Numbered from the stretch's first letter, positions 15,923-27,167 are shown. The stretch is DNA of 64,000 nt from an uncultured Gammaproteobacteria bacterium (GCA_964639785.1 CAZXEE010000001.1:51832-115831); one strand, 5' to 3'. The notes: a model not told the origin generated them from the letters alone. Numbers and translations: made by a program.

Positions 15923-18148
15923 ATGAATCTGATCATCGTCGAGTCACCGACTAAAGCTAAAACTATCAGCAAGTTCCTCGGATCCGGCTTTAAGGTCGAA
16001 TCTTCTTTTGGACATGTCCGTGACTTGCCGGTGAGTACTATGGGGGTCGACATTGAACACGACTTCCATCCTAGTTATATCGTTCCTGATAAGGCTAAGA
16101 AGAATCTGAACAACCTCAAGAAGCTGGCTGAGAAAGCTGATGAGGTCATTCTGGCTTCGGATGAGGACCGTGAGGGAGAAGCTATTGCCTGGCATCTGAG
16201 CGAAGCTTTGAAATTAGACGCCAAGAAAGCTAAGCGTATAGTCTTCCATGAAATTACCAAGCCGGCCATCTTGGGCGCCCTGGAACATCCGCGGACTATC
16301 GACCAGAAATTGGTTGATGCCCAGCAGGCCAGAAGGATCCTGGATCGCTTGGTCGGTTATGAATTATCACCTTTCCTTTGGAAAAAAGTGGCTCGCGGCT
16401 TGTCTGCTGGTCGGGTCCAGAGTGTGGCTGTCCGGTTGATAGTGGAGAGAGAAAGGGATATATTAGCTTTCAAGAATGAGGAATATTGGAGTATCACTGG
16501 TGACTTTTCCAAGATCGAAGATAAAGAGATAAAGTTCAGCGCTGATTTGAATAAGATCGACGGCAAGTCGATTGACAAGATGTTTATCAAGAACCAGGAG
16601 CAGGCTGACGCTATCATCGCCTCATTGAACGAAGCGAAGTATGAAGTTTCCAAAGTGGAACACAAGGATAGCCAGAAAAAAGCTCCAGCTCCATTCACCA
16701 CCTCTACCTTGCAGCAGACAGCTAACCGCTTCTTGGGATTTAGCGCTAAGCAGACTATGATGGTCGCCCAGAAATTATATGAACAGGGCTTCATCACCTA
16801 TATGCGTACTGATTCTCTGAACTTGTCGACTAAATTTATTACTGATGCTCATGATTATCTGGTAAAAGAATTGGGTAAGGAATATGCTATTGCCGGCGGG
16901 CAGGTTTTCAAGACTAAGAGCAAGAATGCCCAGGAAGCCCATGAAGCTATCCGTCCGACTGAGGTTAATAATAATCCGGAAGACCTGAAGGTAAAATTAG
17001 AGCCGAACCAATACCGTTTATATAAATTAATCTGGCAGCGTTCAGTTGCTACCCAGATGCCACCGGCTCTTTTGGCAGTCACTGTGATTGATATTGCCGC
17101 TCTCCAAACTCCATATAGTTTCAGAGCTTCAGGCCAGGTCTTGAAGTTCCCGGGCTATCTAAAAGTCTATCCGGAGACTACCAAGGACCAGACTATGCCG
17201 GAGTTGAAAGCGGGAGAGAAATTGAACTTGGAAAAATTAGGCGGCGTCCAGCATTTTACCACTCCGCCGGCTCGTTATTCCGATGCCGGCTTGGTCAAGG
17301 AAATGGAGAAGTACGGTATCGGCCGACCTTCAACCTATGCTCCGACGATCTCGACCATTATCGACCGTAATTATGTCTATCGGGATGACAAGAAACGTTT
17401 GGCTCCGACTGAAATCGCTTTTGTGGTCATCGATCTGTTGATCGCTCATTTCCATCATATCGTTGATTACAAGTTTACGGCTGAAATGGAAAATAATTTA
17501 GATGAGGTGGCGGTAGGGAAAAAAGATTGGGTTCCGGTAATCGCTGACTTCTACAATCCTTTCCATCAAAATTTAGAAGAAAAATATAAAGAAGTTAACA
17601 AAGAAAATATTATGCCAGAAGAAACATCAAATGAGGTCTGCGATAAATGCGGTTCGCCGATGATCGTCAAGACCGGCCGTTATGGCAAGTTCTTAGCTTG
17701 CAGCAATTATCCGGCTTGCAAGAATATCAAGTCTTCTGGCGCTGCTAAGCCAGGGGTAGCCGTTTCTCCGGAGGCTGAAGCTAAGCTCAAGGCTTTGCAG
17801 GCTAAGTTTGCTAATGAAGTCTGCGACAAATGCGGTTCGCCGATGGCTATTAAGAATGGCAAGTTCGGACCGTTCATGGGCTGCAGCGCTTATCCTGGTT
17901 GCAAGAATATCAAGAATATCCCGGAAGAGAACGCCGTCAAAGTCGTTTGCCCGGCTTGCGGTAAGGGTGAGATTGTGAAGAAGTTCAGCCGCCGCGGCGC
18001 ATTCTATGCCTGCAGTGCTTATCCAGATTGCAAGAATGCCTATTGGGGTAAACCGACTGGGGAAAAATGCCCAGAATGCCAATCACTGCTAATTGAAGAT
18101 AAGGATGGAATCAAATGCAGCGATCGAGCTTGCGGGTTTGTTAAATAA
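15923..18148 (+). CDS. topA: DNA topoisomerase I
   Basis: Toprim domain (IVESPTKA..DEDREGE), catalytic region YITYMRTDS, and four C-terminal CxxC..CxxC zinc ribbons. Confidence 0.95.
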   Translation: MNLIIVESPTKAKTISKFLGSGFKVESSFGHVRDLPVSTMGVDIEHDFHPSYIVPDKAKKNLNNLKKLAEKADEVILASDEDREGEAIAWHLSEALKLDAKKAKRIVFHEITKPAILGALEHPRTIDQKLVDAQQARRILDRLVGYELSPFLWKKVARGLSAGRVQSVAVRLIVERERDILAFKNEEYWSITGDFSKIEDKEIKFSADLNKIDGKSIDKMFIKNQEQADAIIASLNEAKYEVSKVEHKDSQKKAPAPFTTSTLQQTANRFLGFSAKQTMMVAQKLYEQGFITYMRTDSLNLSTKFITDAHDYLVKELGKEYAIAGGQVFKTKSKNAQEAHEAIRPTEVNNNPEDLKVKLEPNQYRLYKLIWQRSVATQMPPALLAVTVIDIAALQTPYSFRASGQVLKFPGYLKVYPETTKDQTMPELKAGEKLNLEKLGGVQHFTTPPARYSDAGLVKEMEKYGIGRPSTYAPTISTIIDRNYVYRDDKKRLAPTEIAFVVIDLLIAHFHHIVDYKFTAEMENNLDEVAVGKKDWVPVIADFYNPFHQNLEEKYKEVNKENIMPEETSNEVCDKCGSPMIVKTGRYGKFLACSNYPACKNIKSSGAAKPGVAVSPEAEAKLKALQAKFANEVCDKCGSPMAIKNGKFGPFMGCSAYPGCKNIKNIPEENAVKVVCPACGKGEIVKKFSRRGAFYACSAYPDCKNAYWGKPTGEKCPECQSLLIEDKDGIKCSDRACGFVK

Positions 18149-18167
18149 TCTTATCTATTGTTTGAAT

Positions 18168-18205
18168 AAAAAAAAGACATACCAATTAGGTATGTCTTTT
18201 TTTTA
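18168..18205. terminator. Bidirectional terminator between topA and the convergent gene
   Basis: aaaaaaaa-agacatacc-aatta-ggtatgtct-tttttttt. Confidence 0.75.
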
Positions 18206-18219
18206 TATCTTATATCTGT

Positions 18220-18597
18220 CTATTTTTTGGTTGCGGCTTTCTTGGCGGCCTTAGCCTCTTTCTTTTCTTGCATGAAGTCGAAAATCCTTTTTAATACTTC
18301 GGAGATGATCATGAAGTATGATCCGGTATTATTCAACTTGTCCTTGATGGTCTGGACTAGGTCGAGAGCTTTTTCGCTCAGTCCGTTGAAGACGACAGCT
18401 CCGGATTCGATCTTGTCGCGGATGAAGCGGGTCAGGTCGCCGATCCTTTGGATAGTCTCTTCGATTTCCCGTAAGACTTTGTAGACGCTCCGCAGGCTGG
18501 CGATCAGGTAGTATAGCGACCAGCAGAGGAAGACCGAGAGCCCGGCGATGGAAACGGCCAGTACGATGTTGAGAATGTCCCGGCTAGTGTTGAACAT
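18220..18597 (-). CDS. Hypothetical membrane-anchored coiled-coil protein with Lys/Ala-rich tail
   Basis: N-terminal TM helix, helical middle region, C-terminus KKEAKAAKKAATKK. Confidence 0.55.
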   Translation of the reverse strand: MFNTSRDILNIVLAVSIAGLSVFLCWSLYYLIASLRSVYKVLREIEETIQRIGDLTRFIRDKIESGAVVFNGLSEKALDLVQTIKDKLNNTGSYFMIISEVLKRIFDFMQEKKEAKAAKKAATKK

Positions 18598-18619
18598 AGT
18601 TTTGGTTTTTCGAGCTTAA

Positions 18620-21085
18620 TTAGAAGTTTCTAATCTGAGCTTCGAATTTAGATTGTAAGTGATTGATGAGTTCATTCTGGATAGTGTCGATTTCTTCGGT
18701 AGTCAGGGTGTGTTCGTCAGATTGGTAGATGATATGGAAGGCCAGATTCTTCTTGTTCTGTCCCAGCTTGTCGCCGCTGTAAACATCGAACAGCTCGACG
18801 CTGGTGATCAGCTTATGGAAATTTTTCATTTCTTCCCTGATATCATTATACAATATTTTAGCATCGACTACAAAAGCCAGGTCGCGAACCATCGGCGGAT
18901 ATTTAGGAGTGGCATGGTATTGCTTGTAGCCGTAGTTCTGGACCAGTTTCAATAACTCATTGAAGCTCAGTTCGATAATCACGACGGTCTTTTTCAGGCC
19001 ATTGCTCTTGGCGATACCTTCATCCAATTTAGCTATGGTTCCGACAGTTTTTCCTAGGATGCTGACAGCTGCCTTTAATTCCTTGTCGCTATAGCCGATA
19101 TGGGTTTCTATTGGCAGGAAGGTAGCTTCAATCTGGGGGCTGATCAGGCTATATGTCAGATTAGAGACGATGCTCTTGGCCAAGCCGAAGGCTTCGTTCT
19201 TGTATCCGGCTAAAACGATGCCTACTTGCCTTTCTTGATAAGGCAGGCGTTCTTCGCTGTAGCTATTCTTCTTGAGGCTGCCTGGGGTGTCTAAGAATAT
19301 TCCGCCGATTTCGAACAAGCCGAAGTCTTCATAACGGTATTGGTTGGTACGGACATTGTTGATTAATCCCGGCAGTAAATTCTGGCGTAGCAAAGTGTGT
19401 TGTTTGGAGATCGGGTTAACTAGCTTGATGTACTTGGTGAAGTCTAAATTTAATTTTTTTAATTCTTCTTCGCTGGTGAAGGAATAGTTATAGACTTCAG
19501 TTAGTTTGCTTTCGCGTGACAGGATATTTCTGATTCGGTGTTCCAAGGCTATCTCTTCATTCTTCTCTGGAACCTCCATTGAGACTTCAGGCAGTCTGGT
19601 TGGCAGGCTGTTGTAGCCATAGAGGCGCATGATTTCTTCGGCTAGGTCTTCTTTGATGGAAATATCTTTGGTGGCTCTCCAGCTAGGGACGGTAACTGAG
19701 AAGATTTCTTTTCCGTTGGCATTCTTTCCAGTAGTCTTCAGGATAAATCCCAGATTTTCTAATATTTCTTGGCTTTTCTCAGATGGAATTTCCATTCCGA
19801 CTACTTTGTCTAGCCAGCTCAGGTCCAATTCTATTTCCGGGATCTTCTTGAATTCAGAGTGGAGGTCGACTAGCTCGCTGGCGATTTCAGCTTTCTTGTT
19901 GTCCTTTTGGATCATCTGGACAGCCATTTTCAAAGCATCTTCGGTCAGATATGGATCGAGGGCTTTTTCATAGCGCATTGAAGCATCAGTCCGAAGTCCT
20001 AACTTGGTTGATCCTTGGCGGATGGTAGCGGCATCGAAATTAGCCGCTTCAATGATGATGCTGGTAGTTTCGGGGGAGATGGCAGAATTGGCACCGCCCA
20101 TGATTCCAGCGATAGCGATGGCTTTCTGGCCGTCAGTGATCAATAATTGGCCGTCTTCCAGTTTCCGTTCTTTGTCGTCTAGAGTGGTGATCATTTCATC
20201 TTTCTTGGCGGTGCGGACTGCGATCCGGTCGATATCCTTAGCATCGAAAGCGTGGAGCGGTTGGCCTAATTCTAACATGACATAGTTGGTGATATCGACG
20301 ATGTTGTTGATCGGTTTCAAGCCGATAGCCACTAATCTCTCTTGCAGCCAGACCGGCGATTCTTTGATTTTAATATTATCTAATTTGATAGCCATATAAC
20401 GAGGACAGAGGTTATGGCTTTCGATCTTGATATCTAATGGTTTTAATTTCTTCTTACCCTTACCTTTTTTCTTGGTTTCTCCGTCCAGGCTGACATCGCT
20501 GAAATCGACTTGCTTCAGTTTGGAATTTAACAAGGCGCTGATTTCTCTGGCCATACCATAGTGGCTCCAGAGGTCAGGGCGGTTGGATAATGATTTGTTG
20601 TCGACTTCAATGATGATGTCGTCTAGTTTTAGGTATGAAGCGAAGCTTTGGCCCGGCTTGCCTTTGTCGAGGACCATGATGCCCTCGTGGCTCTGTCCCA
20701 AGCCTAATTCATCTTCAGCGCAAAGCATGCCCTGGGATTTTTCGCCGCGGACTTCCGCTTCTTTGATCTCAGCCCCGTTCGGCAATGTGGCTCCTGGAAG
20801 AGCTAATGGCACTAATTGCCCGACAGCAATATTGGGAGCGCCGCAAACGATGGTCAGTATTTCTTTCTGGCCGGCGTCGACAGTGGCGATCTGCAATCGA
20901 TCAGCTCCCGGGTGCTTCTGGACGGTTAATATTTTGGCTAACACGACGTTGTCGAAACGCTTGGCCTGAGATTCTGTCTTTTCGACTTCAACGGTATGGA
21001 GAGTCAGTTTTTGGGCTAGGTCTTCTGGGGAAATATTCTTGGGAATGGAGACATGGTCTTTCAACCAATTGAGTGATAATAGCAT
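18620..21085 (-). CDS. pheT: Phenylalanine--tRNA ligase beta subunit
   Basis: 821 aa. N-terminal MLLSLNWLKD, tRNA-binding domain, B3/4, B5 and FDX-ACB C-terminus; adjacent to pheS. Confidence 0.95.
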   Translation of the reverse strand: MLLSLNWLKDHVSIPKNISPEDLAQKLTLHTVEVEKTESQAKRFDNVVLAKILTVQKHPGADRLQIATVDAGQKEILTIVCGAPNIAVGQLVPLALPGATLPNGAEIKEAEVRGEKSQGMLCAEDELGLGQSHEGIMVLDKGKPGQSFASYLKLDDIIIEVDNKSLSNRPDLWSHYGMAREISALLNSKLKQVDFSDVSLDGETKKKGKGKKKLKPLDIKIESHNLCPRYMAIKLDNIKIKESPVWLQERLVAIGLKPINNIVDITNYVMLELGQPLHAFDAKDIDRIAVRTAKKDEMITTLDDKERKLEDGQLLITDGQKAIAIAGIMGGANSAISPETTSIIIEAANFDAATIRQGSTKLGLRTDASMRYEKALDPYLTEDALKMAVQMIQKDNKKAEIASELVDLHSEFKKIPEIELDLSWLDKVVGMEIPSEKSQEILENLGFILKTTGKNANGKEIFSVTVPSWRATKDISIKEDLAEEIMRLYGYNSLPTRLPEVSMEVPEKNEEIALEHRIRNILSRESKLTEVYNYSFTSEEELKKLNLDFTKYIKLVNPISKQHTLLRQNLLPGLINNVRTNQYRYEDFGLFEIGGIFLDTPGSLKKNSYSEERLPYQERQVGIVLAGYKNEAFGLAKSIVSNLTYSLISPQIEATFLPIETHIGYSDKELKAAVSILGKTVGTIAKLDEGIAKSNGLKKTVVIIELSFNELLKLVQNYGYKQYHATPKYPPMVRDLAFVVDAKILYNDIREEMKNFHKLITSVELFDVYSGDKLGQNKKNLAFHIIYQSDEHTLTTEEIDTIQNELINHLQSKFEAQIRNF

Positions 21086-21108
21086 ATGTGGATTTTATTA
21101 ATTTTAAT

Positions 21109-22137
21109 TTAGAATTGTTCTAAGAAACGCATATCTCCGCTATTGAACAATCGGATATCATCGATGCCATATTTCAACATGACCAAGCGGTTCAAGCCGA
21201 AACCGAAAGCGAAACCGGTGTATTTTTCTGGGTCGACTCCGCCGGCGCGAAGTACTTCCGGATGGATCATGCCGCAACCGACGATTTCCAGCCAGCCGCT
21301 GTCTTTGCAAAGACGGCAGCCCTTGCCTTCGCATAAGAAGCAAGTGTATTCGCCGTTAGAACCTGGTTCGACGAAAGGATAGAATTTAGGGCGCATACGT
21401 AATTCGGTCTTCGGGCCATAAAGCTTCTTGCCGACTAATTCCAAGACGCCTTTCATGTCGGCGAAGCTGATATTTTCTCCCACCATCAAGCCTTCCATCT
21501 GATAGAAGGTGTGTTCATGCCGGACATCGGTCGCTTCACTTCTGAATACCCGTCCGACTGATATTCCTCTTAGGGGTGCGCCATATTTTTCTAAGGCTCT
21601 GATCTGGACCGGGGAAGTCTGGGTGCGCATCACCATGTCATATTCATCTTTGTCATTCTTCTTGTCGATATAGAAAGTATCTTGCATGTCGCGGGCTGGG
21701 TGATGCTTGGAAACATTCAAGGCCTCGAAGTTATAGAAATCACTTTCCAGTTCCGGTCCGTCCAGGATGATGAAACCTAAAGAGGTAAATAATTCCTCTA
21801 ATTCCTTTTGGATCAAAGCGATCGGGTGGATGTGCCCGTGTTTGATTTCGTTTCCCGGAAGGGTGACATCGACAAATTCGTTCTTGGCTGAATTGGAATC
21901 GAAGCGCCTTTTGACTTCTAAATAACGAGTATTGATTTCTTGCTTAGTTTCATTGGCGAATTGTCCGATTTCCTTGCGGGCTTCTTCGCTCAAATCTTTG
22001 ATCTCTTTCATCAATTCTCCCAACTTGCCTTTGCGGCTCAGATATTTGTTTTCGAATTCTTGCAAGAACTCGTTGCTGGAAACAGTGTCTAACTGTTTGA
22101 TGATCTCGTCTTTCAGTTGTTGTAGTTTATTTTTCAT
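21109..22137 (-). CDS. pheS: Phenylalanine--tRNA ligase alpha subunit
   Basis: HP......DTFY, RTQTS.VQ.R and class II motif 3 GFAFG.G..R. Confidence 0.95.
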   Translation of the reverse strand: MKNKLQQLKDEIIKQLDTVSSNEFLQEFENKYLSRKGKLGELMKEIKDLSEEARKEIGQFANETKQEINTRYLEVKRRFDSNSAKNEFVDVTLPGNEIKHGHIHPIALIQKELEELFTSLGFIILDGPELESDFYNFEALNVSKHHPARDMQDTFYIDKKNDKDEYDMVMRTQTSPVQIRALEKYGAPLRGISVGRVFRSEATDVRHEHTFYQMEGLMVGENISFADMKGVLELVGKKLYGPKTELRMRPKFYPFVEPGSNGEYTCFLCEGKGCRLCKDSGWLEIVGCGMIHPEVLRAGGVDPEKYTGFAFGFGLNRLVMLKYGIDDIRLFNSGDMRFLEQF

Positions 22138-22150
22138 ATATAGTGATAAT

Positions 22151-22528
22151 TTATTTTTGTTTAGAGCTGATCAGCAGGAATTCGATGATCGACAGGATAA
22201 CTACCAGGAGGATAAGATTGAACCAGCTGAATAATTTCTGGGATAAGAGGAAGAGGATGGCGGCTACTAGGAAGGAAAAGAGGAATGATTGCCTGAAAGC
22301 GGTTTTGACAGCTCGGACAGCTAAATCTTTTTTCATGATCTTGAAGCGGACGAAAAAGCCGATGATGGCGATAGTTCCGGATAGGGCTAGGAATAAGGAG
22401 AGGTAGAAGATGATAAAACCTAGCAGGTTGGTGGTTTCCGGATTAATCAGGTTGATGACAAAGAAGAAGATTCCCCAGAGAAAAGCCGTGGTCGATCCCA
22501 TGAAGATGAGATAATTTTTGAGGGTCAT
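22151..22528 (-). CDS. Hypothetical 4-TM membrane protein
   Basis: 125 aa, strongly hydrophobic, in an operon position between valS and pheS. Confidence 0.55.
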   Translation of the reverse strand: MTLKNYLIFMGSTTAFLWGIFFFVINLINPETTNLLGFIIFYLSLFLALSGTIAIIGFFVRFKIMKKDLAVRAVKTAFRQSFLFSFLVAAILFLLSQKLFSWFNLILLVVILSIIEFLLISSKQK

Positions 22529-22542
22529 ATTTATATTTTAAA

Positions 22543-25167
22543 TTATAGGCTGCTTATTTTTTCTAATTCTAAGCGGTAGTTGGCCAATTTAGCCTTTTCA
22601 GCTTCAACTATCGGAGCCGGAGCCTTAGCGGTGAATTCAGCATTGCTTAATTTATTTTCTAAAGCAGCGATTACTTTTTCCAAATTAGCTTTTTCTTTAG
22701 CCAAGCGTTCTTTATCCTTGGCTTCATCCTTGGCTCCCAGCAGATAGATTTCATTCTTTTCTAGCGGGATGAAGATGGCGTCAGTAATCTTCTCGCCCTG
22801 AGTTTTAACGGTTAATTCTTCAATACCAGTTTTGAGGCCGGTAATGATAGCGGTGGAATCGATGATCAATTGGGATTTTTCCGGAGAATAGATTATAGCT
22901 TTGATCTTCTTGGCCGGCTCTACTTTGTTTTCAGCTCGGGCATTCCGGATAGAGACCACTAATTCTTTGATGAAATCAAAATTAGCTTCATTGAATTTGG
23001 ATTCATATTCCGGCTGGGAGATGGTCGGCCAGGTCTCTACCATTAATAATTTAGGTTGGTTTAGGTTTTGCCAGACGACTTCTGTGATGTAAGGGATGAA
23101 AGGATGCCAGAGCTTTAAAATAGTTTTGAGGATATAGGCCAGGATTTCATCCTTGTCCTTTTCCAGCTTGGCGATTTCCAGATACCAATCAGCTAGTTTG
23201 TCCCAGGTAAAATCATTCAAGGCTTCGACGGCCAGAGAGAATTCATAATCAGCCAAGCATTTGTCGACTCGTTTGGAAGTTTCGCTGAGCTGTTTGAGAA
23301 TCCAATCATCTGCCAGTGTCTTGGCTTTCGGCCAAGCGGTATTTTCAGCGGCGAGATATTTTTCATCGATGGAACTGATGATGTAACGAGAAATATTCCA
23401 AAGCTTGTTGATGAAGTTGCGGTTGCTTTCGATCTTGTCTTCGCCGAGACGTTGGTCATTTCCCGGGGTAGTGCCATAGAGCAAGCTTAGTCTGGTGGCG
23501 TCGCAGCCGAAATCTCGGATCACGTCGAGCGGATCGATGCCGTTGCCTTTAGACTTGCTCATCTTCTTGCCGTTCTTGTCGAGTACCATGCCATGGAGAT
23601 AGACATCCTCAAAAGGGATTTCGTTGATAGCGAACAGGGACATCATGATCATGCGGGAAACCCAGAGGGTCAAGATCTCATAGCCGGTTTCAAGGACCTG
23701 GGTTGGATGGAACTTGGCTAAATCTCCCAATTTTTGGCCATCTTTGTAATTATCTGGCCAACCTAAAGTAGAGAAGGTCCACATAGAGGAAGAGAACCAA
23801 GTGTCTAAAGTATCCGGATCCTGGGTCCAGCCAGCTTCAGTCGGAGCGGTTTCGCTAACTAGGATTTCTCCATCCTTGTACCAAACTGGGATACGATGGC
23901 CGAACCAGATCTGACGGGAAATACACCAGTCATGCAAGTTGTTCATCCAATCGGAATATTTTTTAGCGAATCTTTCCGGATAGAAATTTATCTTCTTGTC
24001 GGTTGCCTGTTCGATAGCTTTTTCTTTCAAGGACTTGTTGCCTAATCTTTCTAGCGGTTTGTCGACGGCGACGAACCATTGCTTTGATGGCAGCGGTTCG
24101 ATAGCGGTATTGCAACGATAACAGACGGAGAGGTTGTTCTGCATCTCCTCTTCTTTTTCTAATAAGCCGTCAGCTTTCAGTTTCTCCACGATCTGTTTTC
24201 GAGCTTCTATGACATCCAGTCCGTCATATGGAGTATTGGTATTGTAAATTTTTCCTTCTTCGTTGATGACCTTCTTTATCTCTAATCCGTTCTTTTCAGC
24301 CATCTGCCAGTCAACCATGGAATGGGCTGGAGTGACACCGAGGGCGCCGGTACCGAATTCCATCTCGACATTATAGTCAGCGATGACCTTTATCTTGAGT
24401 TGAGCGCCGCAGAAATTAACAGAGAATTCCTGTCCGATATATTTGGCATAGCGTTCGTCTTTAGGGTTGACGGCGATAGCGGTGTCTCCCAGCTTGGTTT
24501 CTGGACGGGTAGTGGCGATGCTGAAAGGGAAATTAGCATCATATTTGAAAGTATAGATCTTGGCAGCCTGTTCTTTGTAGTCGACTTCATCATCGGCTAG
24601 GGTCGATTTACAACGAGGGCACCAGTTGACGATCCGTTCGCCTTGGTAGATGGCGCCGGCTTGGTACATGTCGACGAACATTTTGGCAACGGCTTTTTGG
24701 CGGGGTTCATCTAAGGTAAAAGCCTGGCGGGACCAATCTAAAGAAGAACCCATCTTTTTGGCTTGGTGGAGAATGGTGGCCTGGGTGACGTTTAAGAATT
24801 CCCAAACTTTTTTCAAAAATTCTTCTCGGCCCAAATCGTGTCTGGTTTTGCCTTCTTCCTCTAATACTTTCTTTTCAACGACATTCTGGGTGGCAATGGC
24901 GGCATGATCGGTTCCCGGGATCCAAAGTGTCCGGTAGCCTTTGAGGCGGTGGTAGCGGATCAAGAGGTCTTCAATGGCGATAGTCGAAGCGTGGCCTAAA
25001 TGCAGTTTGGCAGTGATATTTGGCGGAGGCAGGACGATGGTATAAGTCGGGGCATTTTCCTGCAAAACTAGATTGTCAGGATTAAAAAAGCCGGATTTTT
25101 CCCAAAGGGAATAGATCTCGTCTTCGTATAGTCCGGGGGCATAGGTTTTCTCAAGCTCTTTTGGCAT
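22543..25167 (-). CDS. valS: Valine--tRNA ligase
   Basis: PPPNITAKLHLGHA (HIGH), KMSKSKGN (KMSKS) and a C-terminal coiled coil. Confidence 0.95.
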   Translation of the reverse strand: MPKELEKTYAPGLYEDEIYSLWEKSGFFNPDNLVLQENAPTYTIVLPPPNITAKLHLGHASTIAIEDLLIRYHRLKGYRTLWIPGTDHAAIATQNVVEKKVLEEEGKTRHDLGREEFLKKVWEFLNVTQATILHQAKKMGSSLDWSRQAFTLDEPRQKAVAKMFVDMYQAGAIYQGERIVNWCPRCKSTLADDEVDYKEQAAKIYTFKYDANFPFSIATTRPETKLGDTAIAVNPKDERYAKYIGQEFSVNFCGAQLKIKVIADYNVEMEFGTGALGVTPAHSMVDWQMAEKNGLEIKKVINEEGKIYNTNTPYDGLDVIEARKQIVEKLKADGLLEKEEEMQNNLSVCYRCNTAIEPLPSKQWFVAVDKPLERLGNKSLKEKAIEQATDKKINFYPERFAKKYSDWMNNLHDWCISRQIWFGHRIPVWYKDGEILVSETAPTEAGWTQDPDTLDTWFSSSMWTFSTLGWPDNYKDGQKLGDLAKFHPTQVLETGYEILTLWVSRMIMMSLFAINEIPFEDVYLHGMVLDKNGKKMSKSKGNGIDPLDVIRDFGCDATRLSLLYGTTPGNDQRLGEDKIESNRNFINKLWNISRYIISSIDEKYLAAENTAWPKAKTLADDWILKQLSETSKRVDKCLADYEFSLAVEALNDFTWDKLADWYLEIAKLEKDKDEILAYILKTILKLWHPFIPYITEVVWQNLNQPKLLMVETWPTISQPEYESKFNEANFDFIKELVVSIRNARAENKVEPAKKIKAIIYSPEKSQLIIDSTAIITGLKTGIEELTVKTQGEKITDAIFIPLEKNEIYLLGAKDEAKDKERLAKEKANLEKVIAALENKLSNAEFTAKAPAPIVEAEKAKLANYRLELEKISSL

Positions 25168-25279
25168 ATTTTCCTTGGTTTTTATTGATTATATACCCTC
25201 CTATCCTAACAAAAACAAAGCTTGACGTCAACCGAAAATCACGATATATTGGTTAGTTATTCAAGCCAAAACTTTATTT

Positions 25280-26506
25280 ATGATCAGCACCGAACAACAG
25301 ATTTTCAATCAGATTGAAAAATCGCAGAACATCTTGATTTCTTTTCCAGTTGATTGGAACGGGGACGCTATTAGCTCGGCCCTAGCTTTTGGCTTGTTTT
25401 TAAAGAAAATGGGTAAAAACGTGGAAATTGCAGCAGCTCCTATCTCAGACACTAAGAGCCGAGCTTTCTCTTTTTTGCCGGGTTTCTCTGATATTAAGAA
25501 TTCTTTGGAAAATCTAGCTAAATTCATCGTTTCCCTTAATATCACTAATGCCAAGGTTGATCAGATCAAGTATGTGGTTTCGGAAAAAAGCCTGGATTTC
25601 ATCATTTCTCCTAAAGATGGCTGGTTTGACAAGAGTGATATATCGACGGCGACTTCCGGCTACAAGCATGACCTGATTATCACCTTAAATGCCCCGGATT
25701 TGGAGTCTTTGGGAAAGATTTATGATAATAATATCGATTTTTTCTATAAGACGACTATTATCAATGTCGACCATCATCCAGCCAATGAAGAGTTCGGGCA
25801 GGTTAATTTCGTTGAATTGAATGCTGTTTCGGTCACCGAGATATTGTTTGAGATCATGCGGGACTACAAATCGGAACTGATTGATGAAGATATCGCCACC
25901 TGTCTTTTGGCCGGTATAATTTATAAGACTAAGAGTTTCAAGACTCCGAATCTGACTCCTCATTCTTTGTCGGTCACTTCAGAACTTATCAAGCTAGGCG
26001 CCAGACGGGAAGAAATCGTCAACCGCCTATACCGTTCCCGTGATATCAATGTCTTGAAGCTCTGGGGAAGAGTGCTTAATAACCTGAATGGTTTGAATGA
26101 TAATCAGCTCCTGTGGTCTTCTTTGTTCCAGAAAGATTTTGCCGAAACCGGTTCGGTGGAGGATAGCCTCTTGGAGGTGATCGATGAATTGATTATCAAT
26201 ATTCCGCAAGCCAAGTTGATTACCATTTTCTATTCCCTGACCGAAAATCCATTAGAAGAAGAAAAGAGTGCTGAGTCCAATGAAACAATAGTCACCCATA
26301 ATGATCAGAGCGAGGGATTATTCAAGACCCAAGCCTTGGTCTATGCTGTGAAGAATGCCAATGTGGCGGAATTGGTCAAGGAATTTAATCCTTCCGGCGG
26401 CCGGAAGATAGCTTATCTTTCTAGCTCTAAGCCTTTGGCAGTTTTCCGACGGGAGATTACCGATGCTTTGCAGACAAAGTTGGAGAAACTGAATGCAATG
26501 AATTAA
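25280..26506 (+). CDS. DHH/DHHA1-family phosphoesterase (NrnA-like)
   Basis: NVDHHP motif, an upstream DxD-like region and a DHHA1-like C-terminus (GGR/GGG region). Confidence 0.75.
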   Translation: MISTEQQIFNQIEKSQNILISFPVDWNGDAISSALAFGLFLKKMGKNVEIAAAPISDTKSRAFSFLPGFSDIKNSLENLAKFIVSLNITNAKVDQIKYVVSEKSLDFIISPKDGWFDKSDISTATSGYKHDLIITLNAPDLESLGKIYDNNIDFFYKTTIINVDHHPANEEFGQVNFVELNAVSVTEILFEIMRDYKSELIDEDIATCLLAGIIYKTKSFKTPNLTPHSLSVTSELIKLGARREEIVNRLYRSRDINVLKLWGRVLNNLNGLNDNQLLWSSLFQKDFAETGSVEDSLLEVIDELIINIPQAKLITIFYSLTENPLEEEKSAESNETIVTHNDQSEGLFKTQALVYAVKNANVAELVKEFNPSGGRKIAYLSSSKPLAVFRREITDALQTKLEKLNAMN

Positions 26507-26551
26507 TAAATATAAATAAGATAGTAAATTAACAACAAAAACTAGTGAATA

Positions 26552-27052
26552 ATGAAGAAAATTAAGAATGAAATTAAGTTTTTAGAGTGCCTTACTGTGG
26601 CGAGAACCTTGATTGTTGAAGCTTCAAACGGCCGTGACGCCATCATTGATGCTACTGATGTTTTTGAATCCTATATCAATCCGGACTTTGCTGCTCCAGG
26701 CTGGCTTCATCCGGAAGAGGCGACGCCCGAAACTGAAGTTAGGGTTTATCGCTTGATCAATAATGGAAAATTGCCGGAAATATTTTACAACATCAATCAG
26801 AAGGCTGAAGAGTTGGTTATGAGCCAGAGCCAGATTATTAAATTCTGCAAGAAGTATAGGGGCTGGCTTTGCCACGATTATCCGACTTTCTTCCTGACTA
26901 AGAATTATGGCAAGTACATAGTGGTATCGGTCGGAGTTCGAGCTAATGGCTTGCACATCAGTACCCGGGATTTCAGAGACAAGCAAGAATATCGGGCCAT
27001 CCGCCGTTATCGCTTTGTCGCTCCGGTTACCCCTAATAGCTTAGTAGCTTAG
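26552..27052 (+). CDS. Hypothetical protein
   Basis: 166-aa ORF followed by a hairpin. No recognisable motifs. Confidence 0.5.
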   Translation: MKKIKNEIKFLECLTVARTLIVEASNGRDAIIDATDVFESYINPDFAAPGWLHPEEATPETEVRVYRLINNGKLPEIFYNINQKAEELVMSQSQIIKFCKKYRGWLCHDYPTFFLTKNYGKYIVVSVGVRANGLHISTRDFRDKQEYRAIRRYRFVAPVTPNSLVA

Positions 27053-27167
27053 CGGTTAATCCCTCTGGATTTTAGGAACATCAAGTTTCTGGAATCCTGG
27101 GGGATTTTTTATTTGATTAAGATCCAATCTTGTCAAAAGATGGTGAGGGTGATAAATTATGTTTTAG